Below the pieces are notes generated by a model. The model saw nothing but the letters and a program-made list of their open reading frames with translations. It ran no database searches and was not told the origin of the DNA. Source: Candidatus Binatia bacterium (GTDB lineage: Bacteria; Desulfobacterota; Binatia; Bin18). Taken from it: a stretch of DNA of 64,000 nt. A program made the translations under genes and the position numbers. Positions 35,977 to 45,892 of the stretch are shown piece after piece. Each line of letters starts with the position of its first letter. Position 1 is the stretch's first letter. Location: the NCBI GenBank assembly GCA_965231775.1, contig OZ246888.1, forward strand, positions 785,757 through 849,756. The letters are read 5' to 3'.

Positions 35977-36954
35977 ATGGCGAAAGAGCAGATATCGCGT
36001 CGGACCTTTCTCAAGAATACCAGCGCAGTGGTGACCGCAGCCGCATTAGCCGGCAATCTTACTCAGCCTCGACCCGCCGCGGCACAATCTACCGGTCAGC
36101 TCCAGTTCGGAGTGCAAACCCCGCCGCAGCATGTGCCCTACAGTCAAGTGCAAGACGTATGGCTGGAAGCCGACGAACTTGGCTATGATAGCGCTTTTGG
36201 TTTTGATCACTTTCTGCCGATCCTTTCCGATCCAACCGGCCCGTGTCTGGAAGGCTGGACCTTGCTCGCGGCGCTTGCCGCTCAGACGAAGCGGTTGAAA
36301 ACCGGCCTGCTCGTCACTGGCAACACGTATCGTAATCCGGCATTGCTCGCCAAAATGGCGGCAACGGTCGATCACGTGAGTGGCGGACGCCTGATTCTGG
36401 GGATGGGCGCGGGCTGGTTTAAGCTGGAACACGACGCGTTTGGCATCCCGTTTTACACGCCGGGCGGGCGGGCACGACGGCTGGTCGAATCTGTCGAACT
36501 CATCAAGATGCTCTTCACTCAGGAAAAGACAACCTATGCGGGTAAATACTATCAGGTCAAAGATGCCCCGTTTGAGCCCAAGCCGCTCCAGAAACCCTAT
36601 CCACCGATTTTGATTGGTGGGATGGGACCCAAGGTCGTCCAGCCGCTGGTCGCTCGGCATGCCGACATCTGGCATTTCTTTGTGCGCCAAGGAGGAGCCG
36701 AAGCTGCCAAAAAGGTCGCTGTGAAATTTGACGCCATCTGCAAAGAGGTCGGACGCGACCCCGCCGAGATACAGAAGTCTACATCGCTCAGTCCTGAGCA
36801 GCTCAAACAGTCGCCCGATACTGTCAGAGCTGCGGTCCAGGCGTATGCGGATGCTGGCGTGCAGTATTTTATTGTGTCGATGTATCCCGACTACGATATG
36901 GTGTCCTTCCGTCGCTTTGCCAAAGAAGTCATGCCGGCATTCCGTCAGGCGTAG
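35977..36954 (+). CDS. LLM-class oxidoreductase (Rv1855c-like) with twin-arginine signal peptide
   Basis: MAKEQISRRTFLK + hydrophobic stretch + AAA; then FDHFLP, EGWTLLAALA, VTGNTYRNPALLAKMAATVDHVSGGRL; GGAGGA RBS. Confidence 0.88.
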   Translation: MAKEQISRRTFLKNTSAVVTAAALAGNLTQPRPAAAQSTGQLQFGVQTPPQHVPYSQVQDVWLEADELGYDSAFGFDHFLPILSDPTGPCLEGWTLLAALAAQTKRLKTGLLVTGNTYRNPALLAKMAATVDHVSGGRLILGMGAGWFKLEHDAFGIPFYTPGGRARRLVESVELIKMLFTQEKTTYAGKYYQVKDAPFEPKPLQKPYPPILIGGMGPKVVQPLVARHADIWHFFVRQGGAEAAKKVAVKFDAICKEVGRDPAEIQKSTSLSPEQLKQSPDTVRAAVQAYADAGVQYFIVSMYPDYDMVSFRRFAKEVMPAFRQA

Positions 36955-36960
36955 GAGCGC

Positions 36961-38139
36961 ATGCAAACGAAAATACCCGCGGTTTTCATGCGCGGCGGTA
37001 CCAGCCGGGCGGTCTGCTTCCGGGAAGAGGTGTTGGCTGCCTATCCGCCGCCCGCGCGTGACCGTATCATCCTGGCTGCCCTGGGCAGCCCCGATGTTTA
37101 CGGTCGTCAAATAGACGGCCTCGGCGGTGGGATTTCTTCGCTCAGCAAAGTCGTGATTGTGGGCCGCAGTACGCAGGCGGACAGCGACGTCACCTTCACC
37201 TTTGGTCAGGTTGACGTGCGGACGCCGCACATCGACTGGAGCGGCACCTGCGGCAATATGGCGGCGGCGGTCGGCCCGTTTGCCATTGATGAGGGTATTA
37301 TTCCCGCGGTAGAGCCGGTGACCACAGTGCGGGTGGTTGTGACGAATACGGGTAAACGCTATATCGCCCGTGTCCCGGTCTGCGCCGGTCAGGCCGCGGT
37401 TGAAGGCGAGTACAGTATTGACGGGGTACCCGCTCCGGGGGCGAGCATCAGCCTGGAATACCCGGACCCGGGTGGCTCGCTCGGCGGAGGGTTGTTGCCC
37501 ACCGGTCTGCCCCGCCAGCGGTGTGATCTCGCGGACTCACGTATTGTGACGATCTCGGTTGTGGACGCCGCGATTCCGACGGTGTTCGTTCGTGCCCTTG
37601 AGCTGGGCGCTGATGCCACGCAACTCGCGCCCGCGCTCGACGCAGCGCATGCCTTACAGCAGAGGCTGGAAGAGATACGCTGCAAAGCGGCTATTCTGCT
37701 TGGCCTCACCCCGAGCCTTGAGCAGGCTCACGAGAAGTTTCAACACACGCCCAAAGTCGTGCTGGTCGCCCCACCGGCAGCGTATCCCGCAAGTAGTGGC
37801 AAGAAGGTGGACGCGGAAAGCATCGACCTGCTGGCCCGCGCGATTTCTATGCGCAACACCCACCGGACCTTTCCGGGGACGGTCGCGATGTGTACCGCCC
37901 TGGCCGCTCAGGTTGAAGGCACTGTCGTGCATGAAGTCGTCCGGCGGACGGCCACGCACGACATCCGAATCGGGCATCCCGCCGGGGTCATGGCGGTCGG
38001 AGCGAGGGTCTCACGCCGGGGCGGGGAGTGGTACGCCGAGCGGGTGACAACGAAGCGGACGGCGCGGCGTATTATGGAGGGGGCGATCTTGGTGCCACAA
38101 AAATATCTGGACGGCACAGCCTGGTTTGAGGGAAAGTAG
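36961..38139 (+). CDS. PrpF-family isomerase (2-methylaconitate isomerase / oxalomesaconate tautomerase-like)
   Basis: FMRGGTSR, LGSPD..GRQIDGLGGG.SS.SKV, GTCGN, IGHPAG, RTARRIMEG. Confidence 0.9.
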   Translation: MQTKIPAVFMRGGTSRAVCFREEVLAAYPPPARDRIILAALGSPDVYGRQIDGLGGGISSLSKVVIVGRSTQADSDVTFTFGQVDVRTPHIDWSGTCGNMAAAVGPFAIDEGIIPAVEPVTTVRVVVTNTGKRYIARVPVCAGQAAVEGEYSIDGVPAPGASISLEYPDPGGSLGGGLLPTGLPRQRCDLADSRIVTISVVDAAIPTVFVRALELGADATQLAPALDAAHALQQRLEEIRCKAAILLGLTPSLEQAHEKFQHTPKVVLVAPPAAYPASSGKKVDAESIDLLARAISMRNTHRTFPGTVAMCTALAAQVEGTVVHEVVRRTATHDIRIGHPAGVMAVGARVSRRGGEWYAERVTTKRTARRIMEGAILVPQKYLDGTAWFEGK

Positions 38140-38149
38140 AGGATGAAGT

Positions 38150-38175
38150 GTAGGGGCGGCGTCCAACGCTGCCCC
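38150..38175. repeat. GTAG-type REP-like palindrome
   Basis: GTAG-GGGCGGCG-tccaa-CGCTGCCCC between convergent genes. Confidence 0.5.
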
Positions 38176-38201
38176 CAGTCGGCTTTGCCGAGACCAGCCG
38201 G

Positions 38202-38663
38202 TCAACCCGAGCAGTCCTGCATTAACTCCAGGGTCGTGCCGTCCGGATCGCGAAAATAGACGGCCTTGACCTTCCCGTAGCCTTCCCCCTCCAGATCGAA
38301 CATCTGTGGCCGCGAATAGAACTCAACGCCCTTGGCGCTCAGGTCCTGGTAGGTCTTTTCAATATCCTTGACCCAAAACGCGACCTCTGTGATGCCGGGG
38401 TTGGCCAGTCCTGGATACGGGTTGCCCGTGTCGCCGGGCTCAATGAAGTGCAAGAGTTCGATTGGCGGACCCTTGGGGTCATCTTCGTAACGCAGGTAGA
38501 CGGCGCGCAGTTTTGTATCCGGCACCTGGGTGACCGTGCTGGCCTCTTCCCCCTCAATGGTCACATCGCCAATGACCCTGAGCCCCAGCGTGTCCCGATA
38601 AAACTCGACGGCCCGGTCCATATCCCGAACGGTGATACCAACATGTGCAACAGCTCCGAGCAT
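38202..38663 (-). CDS. VOC family protein
   Basis: AHVGITVRDMDRAVEFY...YFRDPDGTTLELMQ. Confidence 0.9.
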   Translation of the reverse strand: MLGAVAHVGITVRDMDRAVEFYRDTLGLRVIGDVTIEGEEASTVTQVPDTKLRAVYLRYEDDPKGPPIELLHFIEPGDTGNPYPGLANPGITEVAFWVKDIEKTYQDLSAKGVEFYSRPQMFDLEGEGYGKVKAVYFRDPDGTTLELMQDCSG

Positions 38664-38806
38664 ATTCGTTCCCTCCTTATCCTATTCCCCGGTGAAGGGG
38701 GTGGCGCACAGCGCCGAGATGGATTTCTTTGGTCCTAGCACAGTCCTCTTGCACAAGGGGAGAGGCGGGCGACGATTCCTCTGTCGGGCCTCCCAGGGAG
38801 GGGGTA

Positions 38807-39283
38807 TCATCCATACCCCGTCGTGACTTCCACCTGGATATTATCCGGGTCGCGCATATACACCGAGCCTTTCTGGCGCGAACCGTGCAGAGAGTAGGGC
38901 AGGTCCCTTTCATCCAGGTTGGCTAGTAATGCCTGGAACTGCTCGGACGTGGCCTTGAGCGCAACATGGTGCATGCTGCCCACGCCCCGGACGGTGGGCT
39001 GGGTGTCTTTCTGCGGAAAATCAAAGAACGCGAGCTGGTTGCCGCCACCCATATCCAGAAAGATATGGGTGGACGTTGGCTCGTCACGATTGGTGACGAT
39101 CTTGGTCAGCCGCATGCCGACGACCTGGGTATAGAACTGAATCGTCTTTTCGAGGTCCAGGCTAATCAAGGCCAGATGGTCGACTCCGCCGGTATACTGC
39201 GGCGGCGCTGCTGGTCTGTCATCTGCGAGATATTTTTGCCTGAGTGCTTCTCGATGCGTTTGATAGACGTTGAGGTCTGTCAT
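38807..39283 (-). CDS. VOC family protein
   Basis: GVDHLAL..DLEKTIQFY, MHHVAL, YMRDPDNIQVE. Confidence 0.88.
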   Translation of the reverse strand: MTDLNVYQTHREALRQKYLADDRPAAPPQYTGGVDHLALISLDLEKTIQFYTQVVGMRLTKIVTNRDEPTSTHIFLDMGGGNQLAFFDFPQKDTQPTVRGVGSMHHVALKATSEQFQALLANLDERDLPYSLHGSRQKGSVYMRDPDNIQVEVTTGYG

Positions 39284-39322
39284 GATTCCCCCTATGTCGC
39301 CCTTCTTTAATGCATAACTCCC

Positions 39323-40864
39323 TTACAGCCGTTCCCAATCCACGCTGTGCTCAAAGGCGTAGGCAACGCGCAAGAGCGTGCTCTCCTGCCAACGCCGGCC
39401 AACGAGTTGCAGGCCGACCGGTAAGCCGTCGCGCAGGCCGCAGGGCAGATTCAGCGCGGGGTGGCCGGATAAATTAAAAGGGCTGGTATTCTGGCCAGCC
39501 GCGGCGCTGCGTCGGACCAAATCCTTGAGGGTCAGTCCCGTTTCGAGCCTTGGAGCACGCATGGGCGTGGTCGGCAGGGCCAGAATATCGACTTCCTGGA
39601 GGGCGTGTTCGATCTGCTGGGTGAAGCTGAGGCGGAGATTCTGGGCCAGGGCGTAATAGCGGTTATTATACTCGCGACGGAGATAATTCCCGACCGGCAG
39701 AATGAGTTTCAGAAACGGCGGCAGATCGTTGGCCCGGGCGCGGCGGGCGCGACCAAAGGTTTCGACCCAGCTGACATTGCTCGCGCCGCCATGACCGTAG
39801 CCTTCCCCGTCAGACTCGATTATGGCTGGGATCGAATGGCTGGCAATGCCCGTCCAAATGGCCCAGGCGTTTTTGAACATCGGCAGAGAAATCTCAGTGC
39901 AAACGGTACCCAGGCTGCCGATCTGAGCTACCCCTTTTTGAAAGGCATCAACCACCTCCGGCTCGACGGCACGACCCTCCAATCCTTCTTTGACCATCCC
40001 GATACGGAGACCCTGGATGTCGGTCGTCAGGGCTTCGGTATACGGCTCGGTCTGAATGGGGCCGCGCACCCACTGGGGGTCACGCGGGTCGTCGCCGGCA
40101 ATCACCTCCAGCGTTTGCGCCACCTCCTGGGCGGTTCGCGCCATGGGGCAAATGAAATCCAGGGTATGGTCCATATAGGTCAAGCCAAAGGAGGGCACCA
40201 GGCCATGCGTCGCCTTGATGCTGGTGATGCCACACCAGGCCGCCGGAATGCGGCCGCTGCCGCCTTCATCCACCCCCAGGGCGATATCGACATCACCGTT
40301 GGCAACCGCGGCGCCACTGCCACCGGACGAGCCGCCGGGTGAATGGTCGGGGTTGCGGGGGTTGCGGGCATAGCCGAACTCGCTGGTTTCCGCCGAAGGG
40401 GAGAGGGCGAAACTGTCCATATTGAGCTTGCCGACGATTTCGGCGCCCGCGTCCAACAGCCGCTCGACCACGATTGCGTCACAATCCGGCACATAGCCTG
40501 CCGCCAGCCGGGAGCCATTCGTCAGCGGAATACCGGCCACGGCGATATTGTCTTTCAGACCGACTTTCTTGCCGGCAAGCGGGCCGTCGGGCGCGCCGCT
40601 GACCCGGCACTTGCGGATAAAGATATTATACGGATCTTCTTCCGGCGTGGGCCGATAGCCGGGGTCGCGATCGGTATATCGAATCGGCCAGCGTGGCTGC
40701 GGCAGGTCGTCCAGACGATCCAGGGTGCTGAGCAGGCCCTCGCTGAGTTCCTCCAGGTCGAGGGCTTCCTGGGGGGTGAGGCGGAGAAAGGACAGTTCGG
40801 CTAAATCGGACAATTCTTCTGCGGTCGGTCGTCTGATCTTCCCGGTTGAGCGGAGGCGTCGCAT
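39323..40864 (-). CDS. Amidase signature family enzyme
   Basis: LKDN (Lys), PGGSSGGSG, DEGGSGRIPAAWCG. Confidence 0.92.
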   Translation of the reverse strand: MRRLRSTGKIRRPTAEELSDLAELSFLRLTPQEALDLEELSEGLLSTLDRLDDLPQPRWPIRYTDRDPGYRPTPEEDPYNIFIRKCRVSGAPDGPLAGKKVGLKDNIAVAGIPLTNGSRLAAGYVPDCDAIVVERLLDAGAEIVGKLNMDSFALSPSAETSEFGYARNPRNPDHSPGGSSGGSGAAVANGDVDIALGVDEGGSGRIPAAWCGITSIKATHGLVPSFGLTYMDHTLDFICPMARTAQEVAQTLEVIAGDDPRDPQWVRGPIQTEPYTEALTTDIQGLRIGMVKEGLEGRAVEPEVVDAFQKGVAQIGSLGTVCTEISLPMFKNAWAIWTGIASHSIPAIIESDGEGYGHGGASNVSWVETFGRARRARANDLPPFLKLILPVGNYLRREYNNRYYALAQNLRLSFTQQIEHALQEVDILALPTTPMRAPRLETGLTLKDLVRRSAAAGQNTSPFNLSGHPALNLPCGLRDGLPVGLQLVGRRWQESTLLRVAYAFEHSVDWERL

Positions 40865-40882
40865 ACGGCTGCTCCCTACTGC

Positions 40883-42622
40883 CTACTTTACGGCGAGTGC
40901 GCGGCGGCGCAGGGTTTCGTCGGTGTCGATGGTCAGGCTGTCCGGCTGGATCACGACGCCGTAGTCACGCTCGGCGCTGTCCAGGCTGATAAACTCATCC
41001 AGGACATCGTTGAGGACTTTTTGCGGGTCGCGGGCCAGGGGATTGCCCCAGCCGCCACCGCCGCCCTTGAAGGTGGCGATAATCGAGCCCGGTGGCGAGG
41101 GGCGATTGGCGGCTGACTCCAGGACTTCTTCCTCATGCTCCGTGCCCCAGTTCAAGACATAACGGCTGCTTGCCCCGTTCTTTCCGCCGGCAAAGCCGGG
41201 CGAGGAGTGGCGCACGCCTGTCAGCGCCACGTTGATCATGGACGTGTCCCGGACGCTTTCCCGCTTCATCGCAAAACCGGGCACCCCGCGCCACTGGCCT
41301 GGGGCGGCCGTATCCCCAACGTATTCATACTGATGGTAGAAAAAGGGGAACTGAATCTCGCTCATCTCAACCGTGGAGTAAATCAGGCCGCACATGGGAG
41401 CCGGCCAGCCGCCCCAGCCATCCTGGCCCTGGGTCCCGCCAGCCGCCACGAGCGTATTCCCGTACTCGATGGTCACAAACATTTCGCCGTACCGCGAGTC
41501 ATGCCCATAGGTAGTGCACAGACAGTAGTTCAATGATACCGAGCCGACTTTGTTGGGAATGGCCTGCTCTAATGCCTGCATGGTGGCCGTGCCGACATCT
41601 CCGCCAATCACGACCGTGCTGAACATACACGGAGCCGGCGGGAGCGGGTTCACGACGCTGCCCTCCGGGGCGGTGATGGTCACGGCTCGAAACACGCCGG
41701 AGTTGATCGGGATGTCATCGGGTAGCACCGAACATAGGGCGGTATAGACCCACGAGGCCGTATTGCCAAACGGACTGTTCACAAAGCCGGGCGTTTCCGG
41801 GCTTGAGCCGCTCAGGTCAACGCTCAGATCAGAGCCCTGGATGGTGACGGTTGTTTTCACCTCGACATCGTAGTTGCCCAGACTGTCGTGGTCCAAAGTC
41901 GCGCTGCCCCGGTATTCTCCGTCCGGCCACTTGGCGACCTCGGCCCGAAAGCGTTTTTCCGCATAGTCGAGCGTGTATTCGATACTCTCATTGACGACAT
42001 CCCCACCATACTTGGCGAACAATGCCTGGACGCGCTGCTCAGCCAGATTGCACGCCCCGAACATGGCGGCCAGATCGCCCCGCAACACATTGGGAATGCG
42101 GGAGTTGGCCAGGATCCAGTCGAGTACATCCTGGCGCGGGACGCCCTTCTCGAAGAGTTTGATGGGTGGAATACGCAGGGCTTCCTGCCAGATATCCTTG
42201 GCTTCGGGGTTATAGCCGCCCGCCACCGGCCCGCCAAAATCGGCCATGTGAGCGCGGACCGAGGGAAACAGCACCGGCTTGCCGTCAAAGAAGACAGGTT
42301 TCATCACGGTCCAGTCGGCATGATGCGTCCCGCCGTAATACGGGTCGTTCAGCATGACGATATCGCCCTCGTGCAGGTCGTCCTGAAACGACTCCATCAG
42401 GGCTTCGACCGATAGGATGGAGGCAAAGATATGGACGGGAATGGCCGTGGCCCGGGCGACCAGGCGCACATCGCTGCCATCATAGAAGAACACCCCGGTC
42501 GAGTAGTCGTGCACCTCGTTGAACAGCGGGTGTACGGCCGTCCGCTCAACCGTTTTGCTCATTTCTTCAGAGATGGCCTCTAAAGAATCTTTGATCACCA
42601 GGGCGGTAATACGGTCGATCAT
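40883..42622 (-). CDS. Hydantoinase B/oxoprolinase subunit (full length)
   Basis: NEVHDYST, NDPYYGGTHHAD, RAHMADFGG, GGGGWGNP. Confidence 0.92.
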   Translation of the reverse strand: MIDRITALVIKDSLEAISEEMSKTVERTAVHPLFNEVHDYSTGVFFYDGSDVRLVARATAIPVHIFASILSVEALMESFQDDLHEGDIVMLNDPYYGGTHHADWTVMKPVFFDGKPVLFPSVRAHMADFGGPVAGGYNPEAKDIWQEALRIPPIKLFEKGVPRQDVLDWILANSRIPNVLRGDLAAMFGACNLAEQRVQALFAKYGGDVVNESIEYTLDYAEKRFRAEVAKWPDGEYRGSATLDHDSLGNYDVEVKTTVTIQGSDLSVDLSGSSPETPGFVNSPFGNTASWVYTALCSVLPDDIPINSGVFRAVTITAPEGSVVNPLPPAPCMFSTVVIGGDVGTATMQALEQAIPNKVGSVSLNYCLCTTYGHDSRYGEMFVTIEYGNTLVAAGGTQGQDGWGGWPAPMCGLIYSTVEMSEIQFPFFYHQYEYVGDTAAPGQWRGVPGFAMKRESVRDTSMINVALTGVRHSSPGFAGGKNGASSRYVLNWGTEHEEEVLESAANRPSPPGSIIATFKGGGGGWGNPLARDPQKVLNDVLDEFISLDSAERDYGVVIQPDSLTIDTDETLRRRALAVK

Positions 42623-43815
42623 GCCGGAGCTCCTTTGTGGGGGTTAGGGGTTGGGGGTTGGGGGAGAGGGAAGGGACAGCCGGGACGGCCACATCCGCTG
42701 ACGGTAAAAGGCAGGGGCGGGGCGGTGACCGGCGCGACCAACTGCTTTGCGGGCGGCAGGGTCTGGTGCGTCTGGCCGAGGGCGTCCGTAACGGCCTGAA
42801 CGACGGCCTGGCTCGGTTGGTAGGGCGACCAGCCCACCGACATCGGCAGCTTGGCGTGTAAAAAAGTATCGTCAGGCAGGGATATGTGGAGGTGCTGGAA
42901 TATGCTCTCATTGGCAGGCAGAGAGGGCCAGAGAGCGAGAAAAGGAATCACTGCTGCGGCCTGAGCGGTGGCCGTAGTGGTGTTCACAAAGCCTTTGGCC
43001 GCAGGAGAACTGCCGGAGAAATCGAGTTCGACGGACTGGCCTGAAACGGTCAGACAAACTGTGACCTGCAAATCCGCTTCTTCCAGACAGCAGTGTATGG
43101 GCGCACTCTCCCCCCGCCACTCGCCGTGCGGCAGCGCGGACAGGGCGGCCTGAGTCTGGGCGGCGGTGTCGGCGATGATACGATCAAGAGCTTGGATGTA
43201 GACCGCCGGCGTCTGACGGGCGGCCAAGGCGGTAACGGCCGTATTGGCCAGCTCCAGAATATCGACCATATTCTGCACGTCTTTTTCGACCAGATGCGGC
43301 AGCCGGCTGTTGAGGGTCAGCATGGTGAGCGCGTCGCGTTGCAGGGCGCCCTTGCGGTAGAGCTTGACCGGCGTGACCCGAACGCCCTCCGCCCAGATTT
43401 CGAGGGCAAACGGATAATACCCGCCCAGGGCCATACCGCCCAGGTCGGGCAGAGGCGCCTGAACAACGGCCCAGCCGATGAGTTGCTCAGCCACAAAGAG
43501 GGGGCGTAGCAGCGTCAGATCCTGAATATGCGTCCCGCCCGAGAACGGGTCGTTGGTGAGGATGATGTCTCCCTCAGCGATGTTGTTGGAAAAGGCGTCA
43601 CAGACCGTCCGAGCCACCACCCGGACCATGCCCAGGCGCGCCGCTGGGTCTATCCCAACCACGCGGCCGTCGGTGGTGGCGAGGGCGACGCTGACGTGCC
43701 GCCGGTCGATTAAGGCCAGAGAGGCCAGGCGGCGCAGGAGGGTCGGGCGTGCCCGTCCGAGGGTCGTCCCTACGGTTGTGCGCACTTCTTTGGCTGGGTC
43801 GAGGGAGGATGCCAT
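42619..43815 (-). CDS. Truncated, degenerate hydantoinase B-like subunit
   Basis: TNDPFSGGTHIQD and DLGGMALGGY retained; second metal His replaced (QAPLPD); C-terminal domain missing; ATGA-coupled to the full B gene. Confidence 0.78.
   Translation of the reverse strand: MASSLDPAKEVRTTVGTTLGRARPTLLRRLASLALIDRRHVSVALATTDGRVVGIDPAARLGMVRVVARTVCDAFSNNIAEGDIILTNDPFSGGTHIQDLTLLRPLFVAEQLIGWAVVQAPLPDLGGMALGGYYPFALEIWAEGVRVTPVKLYRKGALQRDALTMLTLNSRLPHLVEKDVQNMVDILELANTAVTALAARQTPAVYIQALDRIIADTAAQTQAALSALPHGEWRGESAPIHCCLEEADLQVTVCLTVSGQSVELDFSGSSPAAKGFVNTTTATAQAAAVIPFLALWPSLPANESIFQHLHISLPDDTFLHAKLPMSVGWSPYQPSQAVVQAVTDALGQTHQTLPPAKQLVAPVTAPPLPFTVSGCGRPGCPFPLPQPPTPNPHKGAPA
42639..42675 (+). repeat. G-run heptamer repeat (potential G-quadruplex) inside the short hydantoinase B gene end
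   Basis: GGGGG-TTA-GGGG-TT-GGGGG-TT-GGGGG-AGA-GGG-AA-GGG. Confidence 0.7.
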
Positions 43816-43816
43816 A

Positions 43817-45892
43817 TCACTCGCCCTCAATCACATAGGTGAGATGCTCGTCGAGGGTCGCGCGTTGACCGGCAAAAAGGACGATAGAGGTGCGGGCCTC
43901 TTCGATGATGGCCGGACCGACCACACAATGCCCCGGAACGAGTTGCTCTCCGTTGTAAATATCCGTCTCAACATAGTCTTGGGTCGAGGCCGAATAGACC
44001 GGCCGGCTGCCCTGCAATGCAACCTGCGCTTCCTGACTGCCCCGGCGGGCCGTTTGCAAGCTCGGTTTTGCTCTTTGTCCGACCAGGTCGAGGTGGATAT
44101 TGAGAATCTCGACCTCGTCCTCGGGCTTCTGAAAGGTGTACAACTGTTCATGTAGATCGTGAAAGCCCTGGATCGTCGTCGCTATATCTGTGGTACTGAG
44201 CTGCTCTGTCTGCATGGTAACCGGAACCGTCACTTCGTGTGTCTGGCCGATATAACGCATCTCAAGCGAGAATTGGGCAAAAGTCTGCCCTAGGTGGCGC
44301 TGCTGACCCCCGAACAAGCCCAGGGCTTCCGCGCTCATATGCCGGAACTGGGCGTTCATGGCCTCCAGGTCCAGCTCGCTCCCACGCGCATAGAAACTGC
44401 GCACCCGACTCACCCGCAGGTCGGACAAGAGGTCGCCCAGGGCGCACAGGACGGGAGCCGTGCCTTTGGGAATCAGAATGGTCCGGATGCCAAGGTCCTC
44501 GACCAGGGCACCGGCATGAATGGCGCCGGCGCCGCCGAACGCGGTCAGCGCGAAGTCACGCGGGTCGTAGCCTTTGGCCAGGGAAACCCGCCGAACGCTA
44601 TTACTCATACCGTTATTGACAATGCGAAAAATACCGCTGGCCGCTTCCAGCAGGCTCATCTCCAGTGGCTGAGCGACCCTGGTCTCGATTGCCCGTCGGG
44701 CCGCCTCGGCGTCCAACCGCATTTCGCCACCCAGGAAAGACTCGGGGCTGATATAGCCCAGCACCACGTCCGCATCCGTGACCGTGGCCTCCTGACCGCC
44801 AAAGCCGTAACACGCCGGGCCCGGATGGGCGCCCGCGCTCTGCGGGCCAACGCGCAGCGCGCCGCCCTCGTCGACCCAGGCGATACTGCCGCCACCGGCG
44901 CCAATGGTGTGAATATCAATAAACGGCACCGCAATCCGGTAGCGACTCATCCATTGATCGGTGCCGGTCTTGGGCCGACCGTCCTGCACTAGGCAGACAT
45001 CGAAGCTCGTGCCTCCCATATCAACGGTGATGACATCCTTGAAGCCGGACGCCTGGCCCAGATACGCGCCGGCCACCACACCGCTGGCCGGACCGGACAG
45101 CAGGGCCTGGACGCCGTGCGCCCTGGCCTGTTCCAGGCCGACGATGCCGCCGTTGCCCTGCATGATGAAGATGTCGCCCTGAAATCCGCGCTGACGAAAT
45201 TCCGTGTCCAGTCGCTCTAGATACTTCTGTAAACGAGGGGTGACATAGGCATCGACCAGGGTTGTGCTCAGGCGCTCGAATTCGCGGACCTGGGGCAGAA
45301 CCTCCGACGACAGTGAGATATGGACCTCGGGCAGGAATTCACGAATAATCTCACGCGTGCGGAGTTCGTGGGCCGGATTCAAGAACGCAAACAGATAACA
45401 CACCGCTATGGCCTCGACCGGCATCTCCGCCAGGCGCTGTACGGCCGCGCGGACCTCGGCCTCCGCCAGGGGTTTGACGACCTGACCGGCGTAATCAATC
45501 CGCTCGGTCACGCCGAGACGCCGCCGGCGCGGGACGATCTGATACGGGGCCGGGAGGTGAATATCAAAAGCCGCCTCTTTATAGTTGCGGCGGATCTCTA
45601 TGGTATCGCGGAAGCCGGCGGTGGTGATCAGCCCGGTAGTGGCGCCGGTGTATTCCAACATGGTGTTGGTGGCGACCGTTGTACCGTGGACAACAACCGC
45701 GATCCGGCTGAGAAAATCCTGCTCGGCCAGTCCGTATTTGAGGGCCAGTTTGCCGATGCCGCTGAGCACGCCCAGGGCCTGATTCTCTCCGGTCGTCAGG
45801 ACTTTCTCGGTTTGCGTCTGTCCGGCCTCGTCCGCACACACCAAGTCGGTGAAGGTCCCGCCGACGTCGACGCCTAAACTATAGGTGGTCAT
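43817..45892 (-). CDS. Hydantoinase A/oxoprolinase ATP-binding subunit
   Basis: LGVDVGGTFTD, HGTTVATN, LSGPASG, DMGGTS.D, IGAGGGSIA, GPQSAGA.PGPACYG. Confidence 0.94.
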   Translation of the reverse strand: MTTYSLGVDVGGTFTDLVCADEAGQTQTEKVLTTGENQALGVLSGIGKLALKYGLAEQDFLSRIAVVVHGTTVATNTMLEYTGATTGLITTAGFRDTIEIRRNYKEAAFDIHLPAPYQIVPRRRRLGVTERIDYAGQVVKPLAEAEVRAAVQRLAEMPVEAIAVCYLFAFLNPAHELRTREIIREFLPEVHISLSSEVLPQVREFERLSTTLVDAYVTPRLQKYLERLDTEFRQRGFQGDIFIMQGNGGIVGLEQARAHGVQALLSGPASGVVAGAYLGQASGFKDVITVDMGGTSFDVCLVQDGRPKTGTDQWMSRYRIAVPFIDIHTIGAGGGSIAWVDEGGALRVGPQSAGAHPGPACYGFGGQEATVTDADVVLGYISPESFLGGEMRLDAEAARRAIETRVAQPLEMSLLEAASGIFRIVNNGMSNSVRRVSLAKGYDPRDFALTAFGGAGAIHAGALVEDLGIRTILIPKGTAPVLCALGDLLSDLRVSRVRSFYARGSELDLEAMNAQFRHMSAEALGLFGGQQRHLGQTFAQFSLEMRYIGQTHEVTVPVTMQTEQLSTTDIATTIQGFHDLHEQLYTFQKPEDEVEILNIHLDLVGQRAKPSLQTARRGSQEAQVALQGSRPVYSASTQDYVETDIYNGEQLVPGHCVVGPAIIEEARTSIVLFAGQRATLDEHLTYVIEGE

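Noticed and set aside
38664-38806. Purine-rich spacer between two VOC genes as a repeat-bracketed insertion or REP
   Set aside because: No second copy or clean palindrome found in the window.
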